Part shown: positions 30,647 to 42,344 of the stretch, piece after piece
How positions within the stretch are numbered: the first letter of the stretch is position 1
How the letters are laid out: each line of letters begins with the position of its first letter
NCBI RefSeq assembly: GCF_009914755.1
Contig: NC_060929.1
DNA: 64,000 nt
Source of the DNA: the human T2T-CHM13v2.0 reference genome, Homo sapiens
Strand: one strand, 5' to 3'
The notes under the pieces: generated by a model
Database searches by the model: none
Seen by the model: the letters and a program-made list of their open reading frames with translations, nothing else
Told to the model about the DNA's origin: nothing
Translations under genes and position numbers: made by a program

Positions 30647-30957
30647 TTTTTGTTTTTGAGATGGAATCTTGCTCTGTTACCCAGGCAGGAGTGCAGTGGC
30701 ACGTTCTTGGCTCACTGCAACCTCCACCCCTGGGCTCAAGTGATTCTCCTGCCTCAGCCTCCTGAGTAGCTGGGATTACAGGCGCATGCCACCATACACA
30801 GCTAATTTTTGTATTTTTTTTTTTTTTTTTTTTTTTTAGTAGAGACAGGATTTCCCCATATTGGTCAGGCTGGTATCGAACTCCTGACCTCAGGTGATCT
30901 ACCCGTCTCGGCCTCCCAAAGTGCTGGGATTACAGGCATGAGCCACTGCACCCGGCC
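30647..30957 (-). mobile_element. AluS with expanded mid-element A-linker
   Basis: Full dimer ending CCCGGCC; about 24 T in the linker. Confidence 0.95.
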
Positions 30958-30969
30958 AATATATATTTT

Positions 30970-32050
30970 TTAAATTAAACTTTTATTTTGTAATAATTGT
31001 AAATCCATTGCAGTTGTGATAAATAATATACAGAGATCTTAAATATACTTTACCAGTTATCCTAATAGTAACATCTTGAAAACTATAGTACAATATTTAG
31101 AATATAGCACATAATTAGGATATTGGCTTGATACAATCAAGATACAGAGCATTTCCATCACAAGAATGGTCCTCATGCTGCTCTTTTTCAAGTGTTTGGA
31201 TATTTTAATTTTAGCTTTTTTATTGATTTCTAGTTTAGTTCCATTGTGGTTAGACAATACACTTTGCATAATTCCAATACTTCTAAATCTGTTAAGTTTT
31301 GTTTTATAGCCCAAGATATTGCTTATCTTGGCATACAGTGGTTGGCACTTGAAAAAAATATTTATGCTGTTGTTGCCTGGGGTGTTTGATAAATGTCTAT
31401 TGGATCCTGTTTGTTGGTGAAGTCATGGAGTTCTAAATTATTTCTGATTTTTATTTAGTTGCTCCATTATTTGTTTAGAGAGGAAGATATTTAAGCCTCC
31501 AACTGTAATTGTGAGTTTGTTTTTATTTCTGTCAGTTCTATAGGCTTGGAATAAAATATTTTACAGCTTTCTTGCTTATTGCATATACATTTAGGTCATC
31601 TTGGTGGATTGACCTATTTATCATTATTTAATGTTCCTTTATGTCTCTCTATATATACATATGGACATATATTGATGGTTGCTCTAGATATCGATGGTTG
31701 CTCTAGATAAAGATATATTGATAATTGCTGTAGATATATATATATGTATATATGCACACACACATATATAATCAGATAAAGTAGACTTCATATATATATA
31801 TAGCCACACTTTTTTCCTTTAACATTTATATAATGTCTTTTTGATAGTTTTACTTCCATCCTTCTGCTTATATCATATTTGAAGTGAGTTTTCTGTAGGC
31901 AGCATATAGTTGAGTCATAGTTTTTCTTTGTCAGACTCTGTCTTTTGTTTGCTTCATTTTCCATTTACACAGTGTAATTATTAATGTTAGAACTTATATC
32001 TGCCTTTTTGTTTTGTCATTCTCTTTAAAAAATTTCTGTTTCCTTTTTCT
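30970..32050 (-). mobile_element. L1MD/L1M fragments (3' end joined to ORF2 endonuclease region)
   Basis: ORF 31057-31314 GYKTKLNRFRSIGIMQSVLSNHNGTKLEIN resembles the L1 EN SDH motif; 30970-31180 resembles an L1MD 3' end. Confidence 0.75.
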
Positions 32051-32914
32051 TTATACTGGCTACACGGATTATTACTAGGGAATTTATTTAATCTATGTAA
32101 TCTATTAACCCAAAATACATAAATAATGCTTATAAAATGGATTATTTGGACTTACAGAACATTTTATACAAGGATATCTCAATAATATTATAAAAATATC
32201 TTACCGACATAGCATAGATAGGCACAAATCTTGTTAGTTTTCTATTTTAGATAGCTATTCAATTAATTATTGTATTCTAAAAGGATAATAGTTGATATTT
32301 GCATAATTTGCATGCTTTTCTTCATCAGCTCTGCAAATACTATACATTTTTATTCCTTTATGTCAACTTTAAGTAAAATATAACAACATAAGAAAATAAG
32401 TAGAAATATGACCTCCCAAACATCTCAAAGTGACTCAGAATCTAGACATAAGACAGGAATCCTGTCTCCTAGACTAGTCAATACCACACCGCATTGTACT
32501 CAGAGGAATTATATAATGTTGTTTGGCAAAAAACACATTTAAAACTTAGCTCTTAAATTATTTCAATAACTTTTTAAACAAATTAAACATTTAACAAACT
32601 TTGAATTAGAGTGTTTTAAAATCTCATTTGCAATCATGAGTTCTTCCATATATTTTTTTAAAGAACACGTTGATAAATTATTAAAGGGAAAAACAGATTG
32701 AAGTTAGTAAAATCTTTGTTGTTGCTATTGCTGTTCTAAGTAATTGAAATGAATCTCTTCTTTAATTCCTCATTTCATGCTCTTCTTTAATGCTCATTTC
32801 AGCATTTGTCATTTGGAATAATTAAATTTCTAACATGGGAAATATATGCAATAGGTGAAAGGTAAATTATTTATTTTATATTATGTTTTCTACAACTGGA
32901 TACATTTTCCATCA

Positions 32915-33019
32915 GAAAAGAAGAAGATAAAGATGAAGACGAAGAAGACGAAGAAGAGGAGGAAGAAGAAGAAGAAGAAGAAGAAGAACAAGAAGAAGAA
33001 GAAGAAGAAGAAGAAGAAG
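32915..33019. repeat. Interrupted (GAA)n microsatellite
   Basis: Includes (GAA)9-CAA-(GAA)9 at 32962-33018. Confidence 0.97.
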
Positions 33020-33248
33020 CAAAACCACCATTCAAAATCTCTTTTAAGTCAGGCAATAATTGTTTTCCCTGTTCCTTCCAGGAAGTAAAGGAAAAATTGC
33101 AAACTCCATATTTGCTCAATGATCAGGCTTATATATAGCTTTTTTATTCCTTTCTAAATATTTAAATGGAATTTTCTATGAGTTGTTTATTGTATTGAAA
33201 TAAACTATTTGAACATTAATTTTATTTCTATTCTTTTTACATTCTCAG

Positions 33249-33298
33249 TTGTGCAGTGCACAGAGGGATCCCTTGGACTTTGCGGCCTATTCAACAAG
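33249..33298 (+). other. Candidate 50-nt internal exon with a GC donor
   Basis: Polypyrimidine acceptor ttctattctttttacattctcAG; donor AAG|GCAAGT; locally GC-richer. Confidence 0.3.
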
Positions 33299-33804
33299 GC
33301 AAGTCTGATTTATGGTACTATGTGATATGAAATCAGTGTGTGTACTCACAATAAAAGTGTGTACACATTCAAAGTGTGTATATGTGTGTGCTTGTTGTGC
33401 ATATGTATGTGTTGAGTGCTCCTTACTATAACTACATTTTTAAAAATAATTTTAAAAAGCATGTGTCTGTATGAGATTCATTTTCTTTGATTTATCTAAA
33501 AAACATGTCCCAATTTTCTCACCAGACTTATAAGAGAAGCTTAGTTACATTGGGTTTGTCTGGATGATAAGAACTTAAATAATTGACAAAGTGGTTATGA
33601 GGTTTTCAACTAAAGGCTCAATACCTAAGACCTACATTTTCCATAATCAAAGATCAAATCATTTGAAATTCATATACATGAATTATCAGTATCTACCCAG
33701 AGAGTAGGTCTTACTTCTGCTACTAATCCCTTGATAGCTATGGCTGACAGATTACAGAAGTCAAAGATTTTAAGTGTAAATTAATAAATAACAACACTCA
33801 GAGA

Positions 33805-33985
33805 TTTTGAAGTATCCTCTTAAGACTAGCATCTTTAGCATCACCTGGAGATGTGTTAAAATGCAAATTCTCAGGCCCCACACAATACCAGATAAATCCG
33901 AAGATCTGGTAATAAGCCCTAGGAGTTTCTTTTAATAAGTATTACAGATGATTCTGATGCACACATATGTTTTCCAATCACTACT
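33805..33985. mobile_element. MER5A-like (hAT)
   Basis: AGCATCACCTGGAG..TGTTAAAATGCAAATTCTCAGGCCCCAC...CAGATGATTCTGATGCAC. Confidence 0.8.
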
Positions 33986-34614
33986 GTGTTTGATAAATAG
34001 ATTAGCTATTTCCTGGTAATAAAACAAAATGTTAGTTTAGATGATCATAAAATAGTTTTTTTTGGTAAACACCTCACTTAGCAAATTATATAAAATTTTC
34101 AATTACCAATAGTTCATCATATTTATAACATACAGTATTACTAAATTGTACTTGAATTCTAGATCATTTTCATTTTCTCAACTACACCTAGTTCAAGCCT
34201 TTGCCAGTGCTCCTGGCTTTTTCTTTTGTTTTAATTTTCCTCTATTGCTTATTACTGTAAACTTCTTCCCACACCAAGTTTACATATTTTTACCATTCTA
34301 TATACTGCTATAGTCTTCAAATCTTCATAGATACTTCAGAACAAGTTATCTTTTCAGTTGCCAGTTTTCAAGACTTTTGGTCTTATCTTTCCTGCCCTCT
34401 CCTCTCAAGTTGGATTACATTGCTTTTTAAGAAGAGACAGGTGCTCAAAGCATGCCTGCCTGAGGCTGCTGTCATTTCCTTCACCAGTAAAATGATACCA
34501 TCCAAAGTTTTAAACAGCTCAAGACTTTATTTCCTCTTTTTTGTACATTTTCAATCAAATAAATATATTTAGAAGCTTAAAAATATTTCTCTAGGAAAGT
34601 TTTAAACAGCTGAA

Positions 34615-34795
34615 GAAAAGACTGGATCTGGAATCAGAGACTTGTTTCAAATTCTAACTTGGGCGATGATTAATTATATTGCCTTAGGAAAGTCAATTAA
34701 CATTTCTGGGACTCCGTTTCTTTATATGTAAAATGGAATAATCTTTTCTGACTTTCATGTTTGTGTGAGGTTTAAGATAAATTGAGATGAAGCAT
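34615..34795 (+). mobile_element. MIR
   Basis: GGAATCAGAGAC...CCTTAGGAAAGTCAATTAAC...CCGTTTCTTTATATGTAAAATGGAATAAT core. Confidence 0.7.
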
Positions 34796-35199
34796 CCAAC
34801 TCTAGATATCAGACATGGCTCTCGACAGAAATCAAGACATGGTCACTGTGTGCATACAGCTTTCGGAGAAAAACTGCAAAATTAATAGAAGAGTCCCTTA
34901 GGCTATATGCTATCATAGATAAGCATTTCTTTTCACACTGATTATCAAATGATACGCTATTTTTCCGTGAACACTTTTAGTTAAAATAATATTCTAAAGA
35001 TAGCTTGGTATACAGATGTGTGAGGAAAAAATGAAAATCCCTTTACAATATAAATTATTGCAATATTTGCCCACATAACTTACACACAAATTGTCAAATA
35101 TAAAGTTGTGAATTTGGCTCATCATAATAAAGACACATTGCGTATTTACCCTAAGAGATGTATGCTATTTCTTTTTAATTTCAAAATGAAACTACTAAT

Positions 35200-35320
35200 A
35201 GCATTTTTGCACTAGTTTTACAGATAAGAAAATGGAATCACAAAGATGTTAAGCAGTTTTTTCAAGGACACAATTAACAATGGTCAGCCAGGATTGGAAT
35301 GCTAGTAGCTGGTCTCTGAC
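35200..35320 (-). mobile_element. MIR
   Basis: TTTTACAGATAAGAAAATGGAATCACAAAGATGTTAAG...CAAGGACACA core. Confidence 0.65.
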
Positions 35321-36604
35321 ATGTCTCCTTAAAGCAAGGTACTCGGCTACATCTCTAATAGAAATGTACCACATTAATCAATTTAGCTATAAATGCTGTC
35401 TCTGTTGTGATTTATAAATATAGGAACAATGGGACCTTTGGTATACTACCTTCTTATAATATCATAGACAGAAACTGTGCTAAATGTTAAACAAACACAC
35501 ACACCCGGTAGAATCCATCAGACACAGGACAAGATTAAGGCAATTTGAGATGAGAGGGAACGTCTTTATTTCTTGAGTATTTTCATACCAATTTGTGAGC
35601 AGTGATTCCTGAATTAGAGTACCTGTGTTTTGTAGTAAATATCAGTCAGTTACAAAACTAGTAGCCACTAAGCAGTTCCAGACTTTGGTGTTCTTGGTTT
35701 GTTTTGGGAATGGATATTGAAGGTCATGGCCAATCCTGATATCCAGACTTTTTAAAAATAGCCTTATTGAAATATAATGTATACACTTTGGTTCAACTCT
35801 GAAAAAATAATAGACGTCAGTGAAAAAGGCCCAGGTTTTCTCTAGACTTTTGGCTTAAGGGACTGAAGAAAAGAAGATGTGCTGATTTTCCTCCAAACTG
35901 TCTAATCCATTTTCTCAAGAAAGGAAAATAGACAAAGAAATGGGACTACTGCCTTGTCAGGATCTATAAATGGACTATTTGGCTGCAGTTTCTTATTTTA
36001 AAGTCTCTTAGGAATCTGCTAACAGAGAGCAGGACATTGATAAACTTGAATAAAAAGTAACCCAATGACATTTTTTTCAAATTTACTTTCTGCCTTAAGT
36101 TTTGCTTTCCTTACGGTATATCAACTCTGACATCAGTGTCTTTTCTTATGAACATATCTCTGCATTAGCACTTCAAGGTCTGTGGCAGAGTATAGCTTCA
36201 TGTTAATTTATGGGTCTGAGCACTCTTTGGAAATTGCTATCATTTCCAAACCTGTTTAAAATGCCTGTGTGACATTTTCCATGAGAAGACTGACACTGGA
36301 ATCAGCCTGATTGATTGGGGGGAGAGAATAGATGTGGTATCACATTCCAAGCTGGTTTAGAAAAGGGAACAGACAATTTAAAATAGCGTAGTAGAAAGAC
36401 TGGAAGTCCAAGAGCTGAGTCCCACTTTCATATCTGCTATTTTACCTGTATGGCTGCAGTCAGTTCAATATCTTTACATGCAATAACACCTAAGAAATAC
36501 AAATACAAGTAATAACAATAGGTATACAACAATAAACAGCCACTCTCCCTGGAAAATAATTTATTAAATCTTAAAGAGAAGGTAAGCTAAACATTGGTAA
36601 ATAC

Positions 36605-36929
36605 TTATACTTTCCATTTATTTCTATTTCTCACCAAGTCTTCCTTATTCACTGATTCTTCAGTAGTACCTATCTTCATACCCTTCAAGATAATGTTGAC
36701 ATGTTCTAAATAAAGGTTTGCCATTTTGCAGTTTTTTTTGCAGTTTCTGAGCATTAACATTTGCCTCCTGGAACATCGTGTAAGAAGATATGCTCGCATC
36801 TTTCTCTATGTCCTCAGGGTCCTTGTATTTGAGCAGCCTTATAAGATTTACAACAAGGTCCTTTGGCATAACAGGACTTGGCTGTGATTCAAGATGGATT
36901 TGCCTTACAACAAAATAGCTTCTGGAGTG
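36605..36929 (-). other. Decayed protein-like remnant, possibly the ORF end of an ancient RTE-clade LINE
   Basis: Overlapping frames read RLLKY...MFQEANV...GKP and LYLEHVNIILKGMKI...EDLVRNRNKWK, reminiscent of RTE C-termini. Confidence 0.35.
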
Positions 36930-37169
36930 TCAGAAGAGGATTTCAAAGCATTTTTAGAGGCATTTATTTATTTGTTATCATGGCTTCAGTTTTATAGACC
37001 TAGAAATTATACTTTATAATATTTTCTGGAGGTTAAATATTTTTTCCACGTATTTTCATTTGTGTGACAAGACCCCTGTCCTCCTTCACATTTCTAATAT
37101 TCATGGTAATTAATGTTACAATCTGAACTATTTTTCACAAACTTTGAGTCACTGGTTCTGTTTGGTTAT

Positions 37170-37358
37170 ACTTCTAATTAATAGATGACCTATGAGATTC
37201 TTCAATCCTCTGCTACCAAGTGGGTATCCAACAATTCAATTCAATTCTGACATTAAATACACCATAAGCTTTATGGCTCTGTCCTTCAAGACTGCCTACA
37301 CTTCAGATATCAGTTGCAATGGGATGCCAATGCTACCCACATTTCTGCCAGGCTGGCA

Positions 37359-37406
<48 letters not shown>

Positions 37407-37535
37407 TTTAGGGGTTCCCATGATTTCTCCCTCAAGTTTGATATTTCACTAGAACAGCCCACAGAACTCAGGGAAACACTTTATGTGTGTTTGCTGGTTT
37501 ATTATGAAGAATGTTTTATAGGATAACAGGATACA
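37170..37535 (-). mobile_element. MER21-type LTR fragment containing (CA)n at 37360-37403
   Basis: CAATTCAATTCAATTCTGACA, CAAGACTGCCTACACTTCAGA, CACAGAACTCAGGGAAACACTTTA. Confidence 0.75.
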
Positions 37536-38279
37536 TCCTTTATAATACTTTGAAAAGAGCTCACTATAAATAATAAAAAAATTCTTATTATACCAAGTAA
37601 CTCTAATTTGATATTACTTATCTATTTTCATAGAAGAATTCCCAATTACATATATAAACACTTTAAAGTCAACTCCAGGGCACGTACTGATTTTGGGGGC
37701 ATTTTCCTTCTCTGTGATTTCATTTATCTATTTATCTAATAGTAACTGTCATTTCTTTTGGCTTATTTAAAGCTCAAAAATCTGATTAATTCAAGGTGCA
37801 GTATCAAGCACTTTATCAAGAAGATAAGAAAAACAAAGACATTGAAAGATACTAATTTTCTAGTCTTTCTTTCCCTCTCACTCTGGCTCTCCTGTCTTTG
37901 CACTATACCATCCCCCACTTGTATTGCTCAGGTTGTGTTCTTTTTGTGAACAATATTATTCTGGTCCACTGGTCTTAGGTTTGGGTAAAAAAATATTTAT
38001 CCAGCTGAAATAAGCACTGGAACCAAAGAAGACATCTCACCCCACTGTGATAAAACAAATAGAAAATGAAAATGACTTTAAAGAAGTTTCGGGATTAACT
38101 TTAAGTAACAAGAACAGAGAAAACCAAGAGTCAGCAAACTCCTTTATATTCAAAATACTCCTAACACTTTTTTAAAAAAGCTTTCTGATTTCTAAACCCT
38201 TCTGCAGTTGGAGGTTTTTCAGTCCCTGTAACTTTTTACACATGAGAAAGTGGGTCAAGGTCTCTCTGGCACCATAATG

Positions 38280-38970
38280 CCCTTTTAAGATAATTATATC
38301 TCCTCGTCTTTTTTCACCAGCTTCATAATCAAATATACTCCTCCTAGTCATACTCCTGAACTTATTGACAGTTTAATAAATTGAATAATGAATTACATTC
38401 CTTTTGACCCAACACTTGTTATCTTTCTAAGTGGCTTCACATTTCTGTGGATGTCACAACCAACATCTGAGGTTTGTTCCTAATTTTTTTCATCTTAGTA
38501 ACTTTTTCCTCCATGTTAGCTTTGACCATTTCTGGTCAAAAATTCAGAAATTTTACCATCTCTGAAATCACTATTTCAAACATCCCAAAATCCACCTACA
38601 TAGTCCTCAACATATGGTTAACTTGCTCATGCACTATTATTGAAACATTTTTCCCAACTCATCAATGTTTCAAACTGCAATAGGCCTCCTTTTTCTCTGA
38701 CAGCCTCTTCCTATCTTAAATCTCCTGCTTATCCACTTTAGCATACTCAGCCTTCCATTTCTCTGCAAATGTCAAGAATGTCTTTGGTTCTTTCTGTTTC
38801 CATGTCTTTTCGCTGGCTGCTTCTCCTCTAGCAGCCCTTAGTATTCCATTTACTCTTCCCTCTCTCCTTTCCACCAGAATGACATACAATCTATTTGCCG
38901 ATATTTTAAATCTCTCTCTAGAATCGTTCTTCTCATCTTCAGTGCTATTTATCCATCTATCTACTTGGTA
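38280..38970 (+). mobile_element. Degenerate L2 fragment
   Basis: Pyrimidine-rich; CTAAGTGGCTTCACATTTCTGTGGATG resembles the L2 LGDFNIHVD region. Confidence 0.45.
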
Positions 38971-39249
38971 TTACCACAATAGTATATATACCCATCTAAA
39001 AATTATAGTATTAATTCTTGTAGAATCTATACGTGTATAGAATCTCATAAGTTCTTGAGTTTAATGCTATTCTATTCCTATCAAATTAACTTTAGTAAAA
39101 TTAGTATAAACCAATTGGTTCCATTTGTAGGTAACTACAATAAACCTTCGTTTTGGTATCCTAATGTCATCAAAAAGAGAATGCTCTGGCCAAAAAAAAA
39201 AAAAAGGGAGCAAATCAAAACAAAATGAAACCCACTGTAAACAAAATCA

Positions 39250-40120
39250 ATTGGCAAATGACAAGCACTTGGGTAATTGGCAGAACCTAAACTAGTAAAT
39301 CACTTTGAAGGATGGTCTGTCAGTATACAGTAAGTTACACATGCATTTACATTTGACCCACCAAGTGCATTTCTAAATATATACCTTGACAGTTTGCCTC
39401 CAATATTATGAAAATATATATTGACATGTTTATTTACAAAAAAAATCCTTCAAATTATAAAATATTGAAATTTCTTTAAATTATACTTTAAGTTCTAGGG
39501 TACATGTGCACAACGTGCAGGTTTGTTGCATATGTATACATGTGCCATGTTGGTGTGCTGCACCCATTAACTCATCATTTACATTAGGTATATCTCCTAA
39601 TTCTATTCCTCCCTGCTCCCCCCACCCCACGACAGGCCCTGGTGTGTGATGCTACCCATCCTGTGACCATGTGTTCTCATTGTTCAATTCCCACCTATGA
39701 GTGAGAACATGCAGTGTTTGGTTTTCTGTCCTTGCGACAGTTTGCTCAGAATGGTGGTTTCCAGCTTCATCCATGTCCCTACAAAGGACATGAACTCATC
39801 CTTTTTTATGGCTGCATAGTATTCCATGGGGTATATGTGCCACATTTTCTTAATCTAGTCTATCATTGATGGACCTTTGGGTTGGTTCCAAGTCTTTGCT
39901 ATCTTGAAAATTCCCACATGCATAAATAATGAAACAAAAAGTTTCTATAAATGATGATCATCTACTCATTGGAATACTATGCATCTGGAAATAAGAATTA
40001 GAAATATTTTTATGAAGTAATAGGGTATGATTCCAGAATATATTGTAAGTTAAAAAAAAAGTTCAAAATAGTATTTATAGCATGCTACCTTTCATGTAAG
40101 AAATGAGGAAATTATATACA
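39250..40120 (+). mobile_element. L1ME-type 3' fragment, split by an L1PA
   Basis: TTTGACCCACCAAGTGCATTTCTA, TGGAATACTATGCA, TTCCAGAATATATTGTAAG, TATAGCATGCTACCTTT. Confidence 0.65.
39471..39902 (-). mobile_element. Short 5'-truncated young L1PA (about L1PA4/5) 3' end
   Basis: TTATACTTTAAGTTCTAGGGTACATGTGCACAACGTGCAGG...CCAAGTCTTTGCTAT. Confidence 0.93.
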
Positions 40121-40131
40121 CATATGCATAA

Positions 40132-40140
40132 ACACACACA

Positions 40141-40183
<43 letters not shown>
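40132..40183. repeat. (CA)n directly followed by (GT)n
   Basis: Directly visible. Confidence 0.95.
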
Positions 40184-40184
<1 letters not shown>

Positions 40185-40185
<1 letters not shown>

Positions 40186-40580
40186 CATGCCTGTAATCCC
40201 AGCACTTCGGGATGCCAAAGCAGGAGGATCACTTGAGTTCAAGACCAGCCTGGGAAACATAGCAAGACCCCTTCTGTATATACAGAAAAAATAAAAAATA
40301 GAAGCCGTGTATAGTGGTGCTTGCCCATTGTCCTAGCTCCTAGGGAGGCCAAGGGAGGAGGATCACTTGAGCCCAGGAAGTTGAGGCTGCACCGAGCCAT
40401 GATCATACCACTGTGCTCTAGCCTGGACACCAGAGTGAGACCCTATCTTAAAGAAGAAGAAGAAGAAGAAGAGTAAGAAGAAGAAGAACAAGAACAAGAA
40501 GAAGAACAAGAACGAGAACAAGAACAAGAACAAGAAGAAGAACAAGAACAAGAAGCAGCAGGAGCAGCAGCAGCGGGAGC
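40185..40580 (+). mobile_element. AluJ missing its 5' end, with tail converted to (AAG)n/(AAGAAC)n/(CAG)n
   Basis: Alu body 40185-40450 with GAGCCCAGGAAGTTGAGGCTGCA; simple repeats 40450-40580. Confidence 0.9.
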
Positions 40581-41019
40581 AATATGAGGCAATAACCAAT
40601 TGTCTCATATGCTTTTAATCCCTTCAGTTTATCTGCATATACTTCTGTGATGGGCTAGAAATGCAGATGTTGGTGAGTGAGTTGGGGAGTAGCAAAGCAG
40701 TTGGGAGGCATAGGAAGGCCACCATTCATTTTTAAATTCCTCTCCCGAAGATTCAGTTACACAGTCAGAGAACACCCCCAATCTACAGCGTGATTCAGGG
40801 CAGGCTGTGGTGAAAAGAAGGGGACAAAGTATGCTCCCTGAGAATAATGCCCACTGAAACAGCATCATCCCTCTTCACTCAGTTTTGTAAATTTCATTCT
40901 TTCATTTCATATATTTTTGGCCCAAATTGGCTTTTCATGAATTCACTCCTGAGTGAACAAAAAAGAAAAAATATTGATGTTAATTTCATAAGAGGTTATG
41001 CAGTCCCTGTTATTTGAGT

Positions 41020-41127
41020 CATCAAAAGCACCACCTCAACAAAGATGTTAGCAACAACATCAAAAACATCACCCCAGCAAAGATGTTAGGAACATCAAAA
41101 GCATCACTTCAACAAAAATGTTAGGAA
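41020..41127. repeat. Three-copy 35-38-bp minisatellite
   Basis: CATCAAAAGCAYCACYYCARCAAARATGTTAGSAA units start at 41020, 41058 and 41093. Confidence 0.9.
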
Positions 41128-41981
41128 GATGCTCTTCTTACAACTGAGGTAGGTGACTTGGTAGAAGAAGTTGGTGATCATGAGATAATTTTCATTTGGA
41201 ATTGCTTGGTGGTTTGATTTTTATCAATGATCCATAGTTATAGGTTTTCAGTAGAAACATTGTTATTTCTTGCAAGTTTCAAGTATTTTTTTCTCTCTCC
41301 CTCTTTTTCAAGACTGAGCAATGAAAATTAAATAGTTACATTAATTTATCATATTGACAAAGTAAGGTTTAGAAATCTGAACTCTAAAATCTAAACTGTT
41401 TAGAGATTAAAAAATAGAATTGGAAGAATCAATAAGCTGAAAAATGTCCAAGTGATATGAGACCTAACAATAATGCCAAGAGTAATTGAGTAGAAAATCT
41501 AGAAAGATAAGAAATTGTTATGACATAAAAAAACAAGACGAAGTTTGTGGCTTTAGGTGTGAAGCGAATTAGGGATGTCAAAGCTGTAGGAATGGAAGGC
41601 AGAAGTGAGTCAGAAAGTCATGATGAATAAACCAAGTCACTCGAGGCTATTGTATTTATTAAGGAAGGAAGAAACATCCATACTGATAATGGAATTTATG
41701 CAAGATGGTAACAGCATGTGAAATAAAAATGAAACACTACAAATCATATGCAAAGACCTTAAGGAATACTATAGAATGACAAGGAGTTAGCAGATTAAAA
41801 ACATAAAAAGATAAAATGAAAAGATGGCTAAAGCACTGCCACTGGTTCCAAAAAATGAAATGTTTATCTGCAGGCCTAGAGATGATCAGATAAAGCAAAA
41901 GACGAATTAGTGTGGAATATAAAGTATCAATAATAAATAATAAATAAATAATAAGATACATATCCTTGTCACACTATTTGA

Positions 41982-42344
<363 letters not shown>

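Noticed and set aside
32855-33119. Poly-Lys and poly-Ser ORFs
   Set aside because: Translations of the GAA microsatellite; similar artefacts occur at 40363 and 54830-55167
41020-41127. 35-bp repeats as a CRISPR-like array
   Set aside because: No spacers, eukaryotic context and no cas genes
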